From Tubiluchus corallicola (Eukaryota > Animalia > Priapulida), in NCBI GenBank assembly GCA_030141605.1, contig JAQGDQ010000789.1:1-64000 (forward strand): a stretch of DNA of 64,000 nucleotides, given 5' to 3'. The notes below the pieces were generated by a model. It saw only the letters and a program-made list of their open reading frames with translations, was not told the origin of the DNA and ran no database searches. The position numbers and the translations under genes were made by a program. Shown one piece after another: positions 38,001-52,118 of the stretch (position 1 is its first letter; each line of letters begins with the position of its first letter).

Positions 38001-41000
38001 TGAGACATTAGTCTCTCCCTTCACAGAAATTACTAAATTTGCACTAAAGTGCAAAGGTGTATGAAATATTTAAATTAGATTTTTTTATATTTTTGTATTT
38101 GTGTTCAGCTATATCTTGTAATTTTCTACAAATTAAGAAGAGCGAGCATATTAAAGCAACAAATGGTAAACCAGGTTTTTACCACTTGCTCATACTATTA
38201 TGTGTTACAGTTCATACGAAGAGTTTGCTACAATTTTTGTCAATTAGTTTATTCATTTTTTGCAGGATATTGGAGCTGGCAAGGGCAAATATTATGCTGT
38301 AAATTTTCCTTTACGAGATGGTATAGATGACGAGTCATATGAAACTATTTTCCAACCTGTAAGTTTTCCACTTAAATTAAAACTTATTTTTAGCGTGATC
38401 TTCTGAGATAAGACACTGAACTTGGATCTTTATCTCAGCCACATTCAGATGCCCTACATGGGCGATAGCTAGGGACAGTGTGACAGCTGACTGGAGTCAA
38501 ACAGAACAGTTTTGCTACAGTCAACCATCCATTTACTAACCATGCCCAGAATTGTTTAACTTTGCGAGCAAGTACACACCATGGGCATTCAACTGTTTTT
38601 CTTGACGTTAATTTATGTAGATGTCTTGGCATAATAAAAGTGTTAGATGTGTAGATTAAATAAATTTTACTGACAAAGTTTAAAAACGTGGAGCCAAGGT
38701 CATATACTAAGACCAGATTATTAGTTATGAATTTACGCTATAAATAATGTGTATGTTATTGCTCATTTGTAGCTTCTATTCAGATATTCACATGCACAAA
38801 ATTTAAATCGCTCAGTTTGATTGTCGATTGTTTTACTACAAATTTTTTTTCCTACATTTGACAATGTCAAACTTGTTAAATTTTATTCCTGTCCTGCGGA
38901 ATATTTTCTTCGAATCTTCATATGTTATCTATTAAGTCAAATTCTGGTTAACGTTCAACAGAATAACGGTCAAAAATTGATTACAGCTCGACGTACAAGG
39001 AAGATCTTGCGTGTAACATTAAGGTTTCATTAACGTCTTTTGTAGGTTATTTCTAAAGTAATGGAGACATATCAGCCCAGTGCTATTGTGCTGCAGTGTG
39101 GTGCAGATTCGCTGTCTGGTGATCGTCTGGGCTGCTTCAATCTCACCCTTAAAGGTAACTGAACTTTTTTTGTTTAATTCAATTAAATTGGGTTAACAGT
39201 CAACAAGCATGAATACATTACAATTATCATACAATACATATTTACAAAATATTAATGACAGCGGCATTTATAACTGCATGTATTCACATTAAGAGAAAAT
39301 CCTTTTGTTTCTGTTTTAAGTTCAGCATTCCCAAATACAACAGTATATGACATCATGAATACTTTGAATGTAATGTTTAATGCACTGGAACTTGTTGGTA
39401 GTTGTCTATACACTACTGTCGGATAGTTTATTAAGAAAAATTTATTGATTCTCTGATAATGAAAATTTTTTCATGCAATAAAATATTGAAAGCTTTTTTA
39501 TGTTTCAAATTTGATTGGCACCAAGTTGTTTTTTTACCAGGTCATGCCAAATGTGTGGACTTTATGAGAAAATACAGCTTTCCATTGCTGGTACTAGGTG
39601 GCGGTGGTTACACAATAAGAAACGTTGCAAGATGTTGGACATATGAAACAGCTGTTGCGCTTGGCGTGGATATTGCCAATGGTAACAAATTGCACTTGTG
39701 TTGATTATGCTTAAGTGTATAATTAACAGATCTTTTTTGCTAGAATTTTTGAACTGATACTGTATAATGACTTTTTCACAGATCTGCCATACAATGATTA
39801 CTTTGAATACTTCGGCCCTGACTTTAAGCTACACATCAGCCCATCTAACATGGCTAATCAGAACACGACAGAGTATTTAGAGAAGATAAGGACTCGCTTA
39901 TTCGAGAACTTGCGCATGCTGCCCCACGTACCCGGTGTTCAGATGCAACCTATCCCGGATGATGCGCCGATAAAAGACGATGAAGAAGAAATGGAAGAGA
40001 AGCATAACCCGGATGAACGCATTTCAAGTAAGTTTTTTCAAGTTCAAGTTCAAGTTTATTTTTCCCTCGACAGTACATTTTACATATTGAATAAGATCAT
40101 TGAACATCATAATAATTACACATTGAACAAGACATTTTAGTCTCTTGGTCTACAAATTATTATTTTGACTCTTGTTCACAACGTGCCACTAAGTCGTAAA
40201 TCACTCTGAAAGCATTTTTTGTACCGAAAGATGGTATTGTTGTAAAGTGCGAATGCCATGATTCTATGTAGAAAAAGGATTGCTGTCATATGAATAAAGC
40301 AATGTCAAAAGTAGTGTGATTTCGACTTTGGTTTTGTTGTTACGTGTCTAAAACGCTAATGGGCATTTGCGTTTCACAAAAATTAATTTGATGTATTAAT
40401 AGATATGTGTGATTTGAATAAAAAAAATTGTCATATCTGCATATTATTGTACTATTTCACCGTGTACATTACTTTAATAGTATGCATTATTTTATAATTA
40501 AATGATGTTTGCTATATGCGCCATTACAGTTACGCTGTGCGCATGCTAACAATGATGTTTTGTGTATAAACAAAATCACAATACTGTTAGACGTACATTG
40601 TTGAATAGCATCGAAATGCTTTTGTTTAGACATGAAATGGAACAGAAATGAAACCGAAACAGGGTTAATTGATGATTGATTAATAAATTACAATTTACTA
40701 TCTTGAACAGTGAAGTATTTTATTATTATTAGTGTCATTTTGTTAATTCATTCATCGAATTGTTTCAGTTCGTGCCAGTGACAAGCGCATCACGTGTGAT
40801 GAAGAATTCTCCGATAGCGAAGACGAAGGAGAGGGTGGAAGGAGAAACGTCATCTCTCACAAGGGGAAGAAGCGACGGAGGGATAGCTCCGAAAAAGAAA
40901 AAGGTGGTTACTTCTGATGCTGCATTTGATTGCTTGCATGGACTATTTCTATTTGCAGTAGAATTTTTTATAAGCTGTAAATTGAAAGGTGTTCTCAAGA

Positions 41001-42273
41001 CTCCACTTTTCACTTGCAACAAAGCATTGCATCTAAAAACTAGTGTTTAATAATTAAATTAAAATTAAGCAACACGGACTACAACGAGCGCTTAGACAGG
41101 TTACCTTAGTCCAAGGCTACAGCTGCATCACCTGACCAAAATACACTGGTATAAAATGTGAATGTAGGTTGCCAATATGATATATAATAACATCTGGTAG
41201 TAGACTTTTCTAAAGTTGGTGTCAGGAACGCAGCTTAATTTACTCCCTAAATTTTTGGCGATAATTTTGTCACCGTGCGCTTGTGACTCATGAATGTCAA
41301 ATGCAAAATTACACCTTGGGTACCACTAATAAGTGCATCGAAAAGGTTATTTCAAAGTTGAAATTTATCTCGGTGAATTTCAGACGTAGAACAAAAGTTG
41401 AAAGAAATGAAGCCAGAAGCCATGGAAGTTAGCGAGTCTACTCCCAAGGTACCGTCTCCCACTGATGAAAAACAGGGTGAGAGATATGTAGCAGTTAAAT
41501 ATTCTACAGTTCAATAATGCATTGCATAATTCGTGTGCAATATTTGACAATTGGCAGTTTAATAATAGAACCAGGGTTATAGGTTCTAAGTCGAGTTCTT
41601 TGTAAGTGCTTAACCATCTCTGATTTCAACTTAAAACAATGCAACTAGTTCTGGTGGATTTTATATTAGAAACCTTGAGTAAGGCTGATTGTATAAGGAG
41701 GGAGTATTTAATAAACTGATTATGACTTCTCTGGACAGTGCATTTTTAAGACACTGTAGCATTATAGCAGAAAAACCGAAATTGAAACGAAAACTTTTTT
41801 CTTCAAGTAATGAGCAGCCACAGTCAATTTATTAAATAATCCTTCCCTAGACGTAAATGCTAACTTACTCAGCTCTACTCAAGTATAAAATCCACTGGAA
41901 CTGGTTGAACCAGTCTAATAAGATGCCTTAAAACCTGGAGTTAGGGCTAATATGCTTTTAGGATCAATACCTAAAAGAATAACAGCACTGCAATTCAACA
42001 ACGGTCGAAAAAATTACAAGTTTTTGTTCTGTATTTATGGGAATGGCGAATTTAATGCAAATGCACACAAGCATGTTTTACAAACGTATATTAAGTCTGC
42101 ATGCAGTGATGCTTGTTACATTTTAAAAGAGTTGCTTATTTGGAAAGTCAGATTTGTGAATGTTTGTGCTTTGTTTTTCAGCAGAGCCAGTTAATCTAGA
42201 ATCGACCCCCTCCGGAGAGAAAGATGCTCCTCCTGCATCTGCTGCTCAACCTCAAGACACGCCTGTATCATAG
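35052..42273 (+). CDS. HDAC1: Class I histone deacetylase HDAC1/2 (Rpd3 ortholog); about 518 aa
   Basis: Coding exons: 35052-35112, 35797-35909, 36636-36753, 36982-37195, 37681-37822, 38266-38358, 39046-39154, 39541-39681, 39782-40027, 40769-40903, 41384-41476, 42182-42273 (1557 nt, phases consistent). Motifs: [82 protein letters not shown]. The last two exons are less certain. Confidence 0.96.
36300..36355. repeat. (CTTACTC)n-like short tandem repeat
   Basis: ccttacttccttactccttactccttactcct. Confidence 0.75.
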
Positions 42274-42456
42274 AATATAATTTATTTTCAATTTTAAAAC
42301 TGCACTATTATTTTTACATAATTGTTTTATTTTACTCACTCACACACGTTATTTATGTACTTTTGGCTAGCCCCCGTTTACACTATCAAGGTAGTGATGT
42401 CTTACTGCAAGCACTGAAGAACATTACTACTTAAACTTTTCTTTGAAATTGCTGCA

Positions 42457-43320
42457 CAGTATAACATCATTATAGCGAATTTGCTTGGGACGCAGAAAAA
42501 GTACTCTATAACCGAGGTACTCTATAAGCATACCCTGCTTATCATGTGCATATGATTACTAGATGGACTGGCAGGTATTACTAATAAGTGTATAAATAAT
42601 GTACAATGTGTGGCTTCATAGAGGATCTAAAGTATTTTTAGAAGAAGCTGTCAACTGGCAACTACTTTGCTATATACTCATATTCAATTAAAAGTATTTT
42701 ATTTGACTTCAACAAATTAAAGATTATCGAATGTTTCATATTAAATTGAGTGTACAACTGTACATGTAATATGTGGTACACGCTCATTTGTAAATTTAAT
42801 GACATGTTCAGTAAGGTCAATCAGATTTAAAAAATTTGTCAATTTTGTTTACACAAATTTCTGTTTGTCCTTGTATAAAAAGTTTTTCCAGTAGGATTCA
42901 TCACTTTATGCAACATCTCAGCAATGTGTTTTGTGTGTACATACAGGCAACACACTGGGTGCGAAGCCGCTGTGTGATACATTGCTTTTATACAGCAGTA
43001 GACAAGATCGCCCTTCGACTCATTAACAACTGTGCATGCCCAACAAATTTTTTGTAGTGCCACGAATGACGGGTTAAATTTGGCTGAAAATGAATTTGTA
43101 AATGGCTGACAAAGGTAAAGTACTCAGTAAAAACTTATAAATACATAGTAAATCAAATGGGCTGGACAAAAACTCAGCAATATGCAATTACCGAATACGC
43201 TACATGCAAAGTGATAATACTAGTTAATGTAAATTAATGATGAAAGTTCGTTCTTTTTCGTGAGTTTGCATTACCGATGTGTATGCAATGAACCATGTGC
43301 GCTATAATGGTGTTATACTG
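42457..43320. mobile_element. Non-autonomous Tc1/pogo (Tigger)-like DNA element, about 860 bp, downstream of the HDAC1 stop
   Basis: TIR pair cagtataacatcattatagcg (42457) and cgctataatggtgttatactg (ending 43320). It is followed by TA, and the left flank is CA (possibly a decayed TA target duplication). Confidence 0.7.
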
Positions 43321-44762
43321 TAGCTTAACTCTAAGCTATTTTTCCCCTGATTGATCATTGTCTCGTATGATTATAGGTAACCCAAAGGCATATAATAATA
43401 CTTGTTAGCAGTGTGTGTAGTACCTGTTTTTGAGACTCCTACTGCTCATACTTGAAATCCATTTATATGGATTTTAAAAAGAACTTTGAAAGGAACTGTA
43501 ATAGCAAATATGGCTTCAGCCATAATTATAGCACCTGGCATAAACAAGAGTTTATTGAATAGCGGATTATAAACTTAACATCCAGTTAAAGTTGAAAACT
43601 ACATCCACATTCATAGAAGTAAAAAATTTGTTCGGCATCAAAGAAGAAAGCTAAAAAATAAGCAAGAATAGAATGTTCGCATTTTTCTTTCATTTGTCTA
43701 GCTATTCAATTTTCAAATGCATTTATACACTGTCGTTTCGATTTTAAAAATGTAGTAACGTAATGCACATGGATATTTAATGAAAACTGCATTTTTTCTG
43801 CTCTCACTGAAATATTTATGTACGGTTGTAAGTGTACAGTGTTTATGTACAGAATTTTTCATGAAACAGTGAAATTTTGCATTCATGACCTGTCTGTCTA
43901 TGAACTCTTTGGGAATCATTAGTGCTTCACATAACAATTGTTTGATGTTTTGTGAACATGCTTTGATGAAACTCAACGAAATACTAACATTTTTTTATAA
44001 AGATTTCTAGTTTTTGCCAAGCTGTTAAAGTTAATGAACTGAGTACATTATCTAATTGGTTATGTTAAATTAAAGGCCCCTTTTCCTAAAAGCATTTACT
44101 TTCTTTGGAGTGTAAGTAAAATGTAATATATCATTAATTAATATAATTCTGCTTTTGACACGCTGTTAATAGTGATGCTTTCACACAAACATTTGTCAGG
44201 TTTGTCGCTCAAGCATTGTTTGTTGTTCTCCTTTTGCTTTTTGTAATGCCATTTCTAATCTGTACTTATAGAGTTAAAAATAACATTTTAAATTACTTTA
44301 CTCAAGTTCGTTAGTTCACAGTTAGTTCACCATCTGACACCAGTACTTTTGTAGAAATGGCTTTGCTATATAACTGTGTCACATCAACTGAGTCTGATAT
44401 TTGTTTGATGCTGCAGTCTCTAAATCGAACATTTTTCAATACAAAGTTATTCTCTGGAGTTCTGTTTTAGTAAAAGTTTTTGTAAAAGTGGTAGCTTGTA
44501 TCATTTGTCCCACGCACATAAGTAGATTAGTCCTAAAAATAAATCACATTAAATAAATTTTGCCTGTTCGCCGCTTTTTGTGTATTATTATTTAACGTAG
44601 AATTACTTGGAATTCAAATTGCAATACATACTACATAAATTTTTTATATAGTTAAGGATATTTGTAACAATTGCGGCTAACAAAAAAGTGTAACTGTTGT
44701 TCAATAAAGGCCTAATTATCTAGCCAATTATTTAGTCTCTGGGTTTGGTCCCTGTGTTCTTG

Positions 44763-47700
44763 TTAAATAGAGATCCAGTGCCGTAGCTGAAAAAAATATA
44801 ATCATGTTAAATAACATAAAGTAACACATCAAATAGTTTTGTGCAAAGTTGGATTATTCAGTAAACTCAATAGACATTGATTTTCTGCATTTATTCTGTT
44901 ATTTAACAAAATCTATGCTGCGAAGGCTTATTGGAACAGAATATAAACAGAAACAGAATATAATGACTACAGCAATTGCTTTTGTTTTATTCAGTTGGTA
45001 CTAATCCATTGAGATGTTGCAAAGTTGCCGCTAGATGGCACCACCTACCTGAAATCTCTTCACAACACGAGTTTGCTGCATGGCTTCATGTTCGTGTTCG
45101 GGAGTAATGCAGATAGCAAATCGCTGGTCAGGTGATCCGTGGGTTAGGAGGAACTGTTAAAACAGATAAAAAATTCCGTCGAGAAAAGTGGAAATTAATA
45201 TCATAATGATACCGACAGCTGCAACCAGGCAATTTGTACTACAATAGTATGTAAGGTTCCCACAAAAATCTCCAATTAAACAATAATTATCCCGTCAGTT
45301 ACTCGTCTTCCAGCCATCTTTGGTTAGCAGACGTTGTTGCATAAGCTTTTCGGCGTAACTTGAAATGCATTAAGCTATAAACTTGTAACTTTCACAGCCA
45401 AAACCTAAAGTATTGTGAAATTTCAACTTTGTAAGACGCTTGTTTCTAACTTCATTTAATATTAGCTCATACATTCAATCATATAAATATTATTTAATAG
45501 TAGTCTAACTTTCGGCACATTGTTTCTGTACCCAACCCAACACGCAGTACCCAACCGCCACACAATACGTAATAAGAATTACACCTGCAAACAGCAATAC
45601 AGATGACTGTATATAGTGCCATCTATTTTATACGGATTCCACAGCACAATTCGAAAATTTGACTAGTTTTTAATAATGTTATGGTATGAAATTTCGAATT
45701 CGAAAACTCCGAAAGGAGTCTAATAAAACGTAGCAGTTTTTCAAACTCAGGCTCATTTAAAACAAATTATATCTCGTCTGTTACTCGTCTTCCCGGAAAT
45801 TTTTACAAAAGATACACTGAAATATACTCAGAAGAAATGTGTCAAGGTCAGCGCACACAAGAGGTAAAAATTTACAAACAAAAAACAAGAAACACTAAAA
45901 AAGTTGTTTTTGATAGTTCTGCAAACGTTTCGTGTTTTCCTCTGCTGGACATGCATACACAGCCACCCGCAATGCGAAGCAAAAACGCTCGCGAAAAAAA
46001 AACTATATCAGATCAAGTGATTCGTTTTTGGGAAACAGCCTAAGGTGGCATTTACCTGACATCCGGAATGCGTATGCGGATGCGGAATAGATAAAATCGG
46101 TTTATATTGTTTTCAATGCACTCGTTTATTCAGACCTGATTATGCGTTATTTTTTCTGCAGGTATTTCCTGTTAATTTGTTACATGCAGCTGTTCCACAA
46201 GTGGATAACGAATAACGCATTCCGGATGTCTGGTAAACGCCCACACTTGACACTTGTTTTTTTTCTCTAGCGCTCATCAGATGTTTTTATGTTGTGTTTC
46301 ATGTTTTTCCTAACCGTGTGCGTTGACCGAGATTATTACCCCGCAATATTAACATAATCCATTGTAGCATTCTGTATGTTTTGTTTGTCATACCTTGAAT
46401 GCAGCGTAAATTGGTATTATGATCACGGCAGAGAGGCAGACGAGCCATGCCACTGCATTCGCCCAAACTGGATAATAGTAGTGCTCGTAAGTCAGAGGAA
46501 AGTAACGGATAAAGCTCAGAATTGCCAAGAACTGAAATAAATCAATAATTGAAGGAGTCATATCAGAGTTAGTTATGCATCGACTGATCAAAATGTAATA
46601 TTCCGGATAAAGATAATAAACTATCCTACGTGTGGAATTAGAAAATGACTCACAATTATAAATCTTCTAAACCAAACTTAGCCGACGAAAGAAACTGGAG
46701 GCAAGGTCTTAAACTGATTTATCTCAATCGAGCTCAATCCCAACCTTTTCATATATCATTTCTTACTGTAAAGTTTGGTTTCCTGACAAACCTTTTTGAT
46801 CTATTCACTCATTCGTTGGCTTATAATCTTGACATCAAAATGATAAAAAATTACTTTTACAATTTCAACAGTCCGTTTTGCACCAATTTGAAGATATGCA
46901 ACATTTTTACAGCAGCACTTTGAAGGAGCGAAAGCTTGATCTCCAGGGAAGTAATTTATGCATCATTTTACCCCAAAATCTGATAATTAAGAAAAGGCAC
47001 CATACCTGGATTTATCCTGTGCGTAGCTTATGTACACAAACTATTATTTACAGACATACAAACATGAAAAATTGGATCAGGTACTATAATTTGCAGTGTG
47101 CAATTGCAAGCTATAAATGACTACTAATAATTACTGTACTAAAAGTTGTACAATTTTATTTAAAATGGTAGCCTTCAAAGAGGCCAGAAGCTTCTCTAAC
47201 CTAAAATTTTGAGCAATGCATTTAAAGGATGGCAGGATGATTTTTCATATACTACCCCATCTACAAGTACAGTAAAAAGTATACATTTTAACACCAATAA
47301 TACTACAAAAGCGTTTCTAATAATTAAATAATAGATTAAAATGGCGAGCCCAACTAGTGATGACATCACAAACTAACATAATTTTAACTATCAAAAACAT
47401 TCCTGAGCATGTTGCGCGTGTTGCAAAAGCGAAAATTTAAGTACAGTGCTACTGTAACAGATTCAGTGTGTTGTACTAAAACTCGGCAAGATTTAAGATA
47501 AAAATTAAATTTTCAATTTTACCGCTATACTCACGTATGAGCTGTCGAACGTGTGCAGTTCGTCACAAACGAACACATCAGAACTGAGAGGTACTAACCA
47601 CTACTGCCCGTCTAACTATGGAATGGCGAAATGCATGTAACAGAGAAGAACTATTGGCGCGAACGCGAAATTGGGTTTGTAAGGTAATAAATCTTTCACG

Positions 47701-48801
47701 TAAGGCATTCTTTAGAAAACAGTGTTTCCTTTCAATATTTTAAAGAATAGATTGTTTTGACCTACAGTTTAACATTGGGTCCAGCTTTGCTTTAATAAAT
47801 AATTACTGTCTGCCACTAATGCCATCAGTAACACCAGTCAGTTTCTTGTAACATTGTTTTAATCAATTCTTTTTTCTTAAGTGCGTTCAAGTTGCAATTA
47901 GGCCACATTTCAAAGTTCTCCTTGCACGTTCGATAAGCGTTATTAGGCCTACTCTCTTCATAAGCACTTATAGGCATACTCTACATTTTATAAATAAATA
48001 CTATTTGCATAGTGGATAAACACAGACAAACACAGCCTAACTCTATTCGTTTTTCCACTTACAAAAATAATGATAGGAGTCAACAACTTCCAGCATATCC
48101 TCCAGTATATCCCGGGTCTGAAGTTCATCATTGATTGAACGTCACAGCATAACTGTTCAATTCCTGCACAGAATATTACGCCTTATTAAACTTGAAACAG
48201 GAATCATTCTCTCACATTGACCCCTCAGTATTGTTCGTTTGTGAAAACTATTTTGTGTCTGGTCATAATTAACTCGACACAAAAAAGTTGGCTTCTAATT
48301 TATGAAATTTTCAATTTATGTTTAATATGAATCAATTATCGGTCCTAAATTTCTATTAAATGAAGCTCCAAAGCTATTTATAAACTTCTAAATCACAGTA
48401 TACATTGTACGGAGACTACATAGGCCACATACACCCTCAGTTAGTCCGGCAACTCTCATAGCATTTAAATGTTTAAAGTTACTTTTTGATTTCATTATAA
48501 TTATTATAAGGAGGGTGCAATTTATGAAAGTTTACATTTTTATCTTTATTGGCTTTTACATGCACATAGTTTTTGCTTCCTTTTGATAATAATAAAAGTG
48601 AGACGTTTTTATGCTGCCAAAACTGCATAATAGGTGAAGGCGAGTTGTCTTTTGTTTTCGAACAATCACAATCCACGAGTGTATACTAAATTACTGATCC
48701 TTATATTTTGTTATATATGCATGTGTAAATTATATGTGTTTTTGTATTATGTATTCCATAAACTTGTAATTCGTAAAAAAATCTTAATTACTAACTTACT
48801 A

Positions 48802-48889
<88 letters not shown>

Positions 48890-51800
48890 TCTTACTTACT
48901 TTCTAACTTACTAACTTACTTACTTACTCACTCACTCACTCACTCACTCGCTCACTTACTTGCTTATTTACTTACTCTCTCACTTACTTTTTACTTACTG
49001 GCTTACTTTTACTTATTTACTTACTTACTTGGTCATCTGTGTTATTCTCGGCTTGGGTCATCTAGACCGCTCTTTTATCGCTATATTTTCAGCTGTTGGA
49101 CAACGAAGAAACAAAAATAAATGAAATTCACATACTTCATCATGTCCTTCTACTTCTAACAGAATTGCAAGAATCTTACGTTTTGGTTACAGTCGTTGAC
49201 TTAAGCCTCACTATAGTTGCAATTAACTTGTGTACAGTTTATTTCTTTTTAGTACAAACCGGTCAAATTCACTATAAAAATAAATCTCTCAAAAAGCGCA
49301 CAACTGAACGCATTTCTTAAATTTTTAATTTGTAATTTTGGACTGAACACTATATACTGCTTTGCACCAAGTATAAAATCACACTAGGCACGGATAATAG
49401 CTGAATGATTACCATGCGACCTCGGCTGTGAAATTAAGGAATGGCAGATCTGTTGATGAGTGACCACAGAGAAAGTTATTTTGGTAGTTTTATCTACCAT
49501 CATACCCTTGGTTATTATATCAGTTAAGAAAGATCGTATACACATATTTTATGTACAACCTTTACAAATTCAATATCTAACCTGATGATATTTGAGGATT
49601 ATGTTTAATAATGAGACAGGTTCTGATCCCGCCATAATAAATAATCATATAATGTTAAAAAGGCAACTTTATTACAAATGCTAGGTGTCGACCTGCTAAC
49701 AGTCAAGTTACTAGTTATAAAAGTCTTTTACCAGGACATAAATACAGAACACAGAATCTTTATGACGGTGCGAATTAGTTAAAATGTGAAAAGGGAAAGG
49801 ATGACGAACTATATATTGGTTTCCGGCTAAATTCATGCTCCCGAGTTTTCTCTGGGAGTCATAAAACAAGATATCATCATCAATAAAACAGCAGTGTCAA
49901 TGAAACATCTGCTGTATTTTGATGGAAGCATTGAAGCTTTGGAACCCTGAAACATAGAAAGCTTGGTGCAGAATATTTTTTGACGCCTTTCTAGTCTCTA
50001 GCGAGTACTAGGTACTAGTTTTTCAACACATCATATAAAATTACAATAAATAAACGCAAAATTCCCAGGATTGTTAATGGGAAAGAGCGCCTGCAGTTGA
50101 CTTACCGTAAAGCCAAGATGTCGCCACTAACTCGAAGAATACAGCAATAAACAAGGAGGCTCCGGCGGCATAAGAGTCCATTAATGTTATTACAAAAACG
50201 CCACCCTATAAAATACTGCGCTATATAATTTGGAATAATGAAGGCTGTTTTATATCGCACATTAAATGTGCTGTTTCGATTAAGTGCCTTCTCCTGTATC
50301 AGTATCTTGTTCATTATACTCTTATATGTAAACAAGCACAGGTCGAGTTCAGGACAGGAAAATCGCAAAATTCGGTCCCAAATTTTGCAGAACTTGTTTA
50401 TTTGCGATAAATGGTCAGAAATAAACAGTAATTTTTTTCTGATCTTACAGAACGTAGACAATGCGTAGGCCTACGTCCAGCCTCCCATAATGTCAAAAAT
50501 TAATTTTTAAGAACGCATCTTCCGTTATTCGACTCCGAAGATAATCGCTTCTTAAAATTGCCAGCTTAAATAAAATCTTTCAGCAAATGTCAAAAGTCTT
50601 CAAACAATTCCTTTTTCTACAAAATTTAAAAAAATGTCACTCAAAAAGTTTTGTCCACCAGAGATAATGCAGAAGACAACGAATAACAGTTCAAGAAAAC
50701 AAAATAAGATAGTGCACTTCTGAGACTTGCCATGGTCATAAGCATAAAGACGACAAAGTGTCTCTCAAAAATGTTTATTTTTCACAGGAGCTTTTGTCCT
50801 TCACGGATTTTTTCAGCTGAAATCTACTTGTATGGCCTAGATCTTGAAATATTTTGAAAGACATCTAAGATCTTGAAAGGGATCTAAGATCTTGAACGAG
50901 ATCCAGGATCTTGAAAGAGATCTAAAATCCTGAAAGATCTTGAAAGACTTGCATGACTAGTCTTTTAATATCTAGACTATACAAGCAGATTTATGCTGAC
51001 GAAGTCCGCGAAGGACGAATTAAAGCTCATGTGAAAACAAAAATTTTCGAATCTAAACGGGCACTTCTTTGCGATTCAGAGAAATAGATTAAACAGCTGG
51101 ACAATTATAGGCATAATGTACATATGTATGTAGTGTCATACATAAGTGTCAATTTAGAGTGCGCCATAATTCATATATATTTAGATTTTTCTATACTTAC
51201 GTAGGTAGTACACGACAATCCTACAAGAAAAGTCACATAAATCATAATAAAGCTGAACACTTGTCGACTGTATTTCCATCGTTTTAGTAGCCAGTAAAGT
51301 TCATCCTGCAGACCTGTCAAAAGAGCCTCCATGCCACCAATCTATTTAAAAGAGAAAGTTTTGTCAATTGTAGAGCCGGGAGTCAAGGAATGTGCTTTAC
51401 GACCGAAGTTTAGCAATACTGAGTCTGGTGAGTAAGTGGATGGCGGAAAACCAGAAAAATTGCTCTGCATATAACTCCTTGTTATTACCTCGTAGAAAGA
51501 AGATGTACGGACATTCTTGTGACTCGGAAATTACTATCGATAAAAAGCTAGGTTTGGCTCTTCACATATAAAAATCCACATTAACTAGGTCCCATATTAC
51601 TAAGAAAATTTCATGCAAAAAAACTGTCAACCGATTTAATTCTGGGATTTTTCGTTAAAAAGCCAGAATATGTCATGATTATAGGAAAAACATTTCGTCA
51701 TCCTCTGCCAATTGACATGAAGCTATTGTAGCCCTTATTTTAAGTGGCCATGTTAGGGTGAAAGCTATAAAAATCGTTGCAGTAGAACGAGAACCGCTCC

Positions 51801-52045
51801 CATTATTATGACTAACCTTCTAAGGCAAGCTGGCAAACGTAAGTTAACTATGATCAGATGTGAACACTTCCTCCTTCAACAAGAGAGATAGCCGGAGGTA
51901 GTATGGAAAATCACTGAGAAGCTTTTTACTATCGATCGGCCATCCGTGGTCTATAAGTCAGAGCCAGCGTTTTTGTAATTTGGACAGCAAGGATCCAATA
52001 GTACTAATAGCAGAACACAATGTCTAGATGGAAGCAGCGTTAAGC

Positions 52046-52118
<73 letters not shown>

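Noticed and set aside
6149-42273. Two chromatin regulators (ACTL6 and HDAC1) within about 36 kb as a functional cluster
   Set aside because: Unrelated genes lie between them, and nothing in the sequence indicates co-regulation without synteny data.
48634-48906. ORF with LLTY repeats
   Set aside because: It is a translation of the (CTTA)n microsatellite inside an SLC6 intron. The unit is TAAG, not a telomeric TTAGG or TTAGGG repeat.
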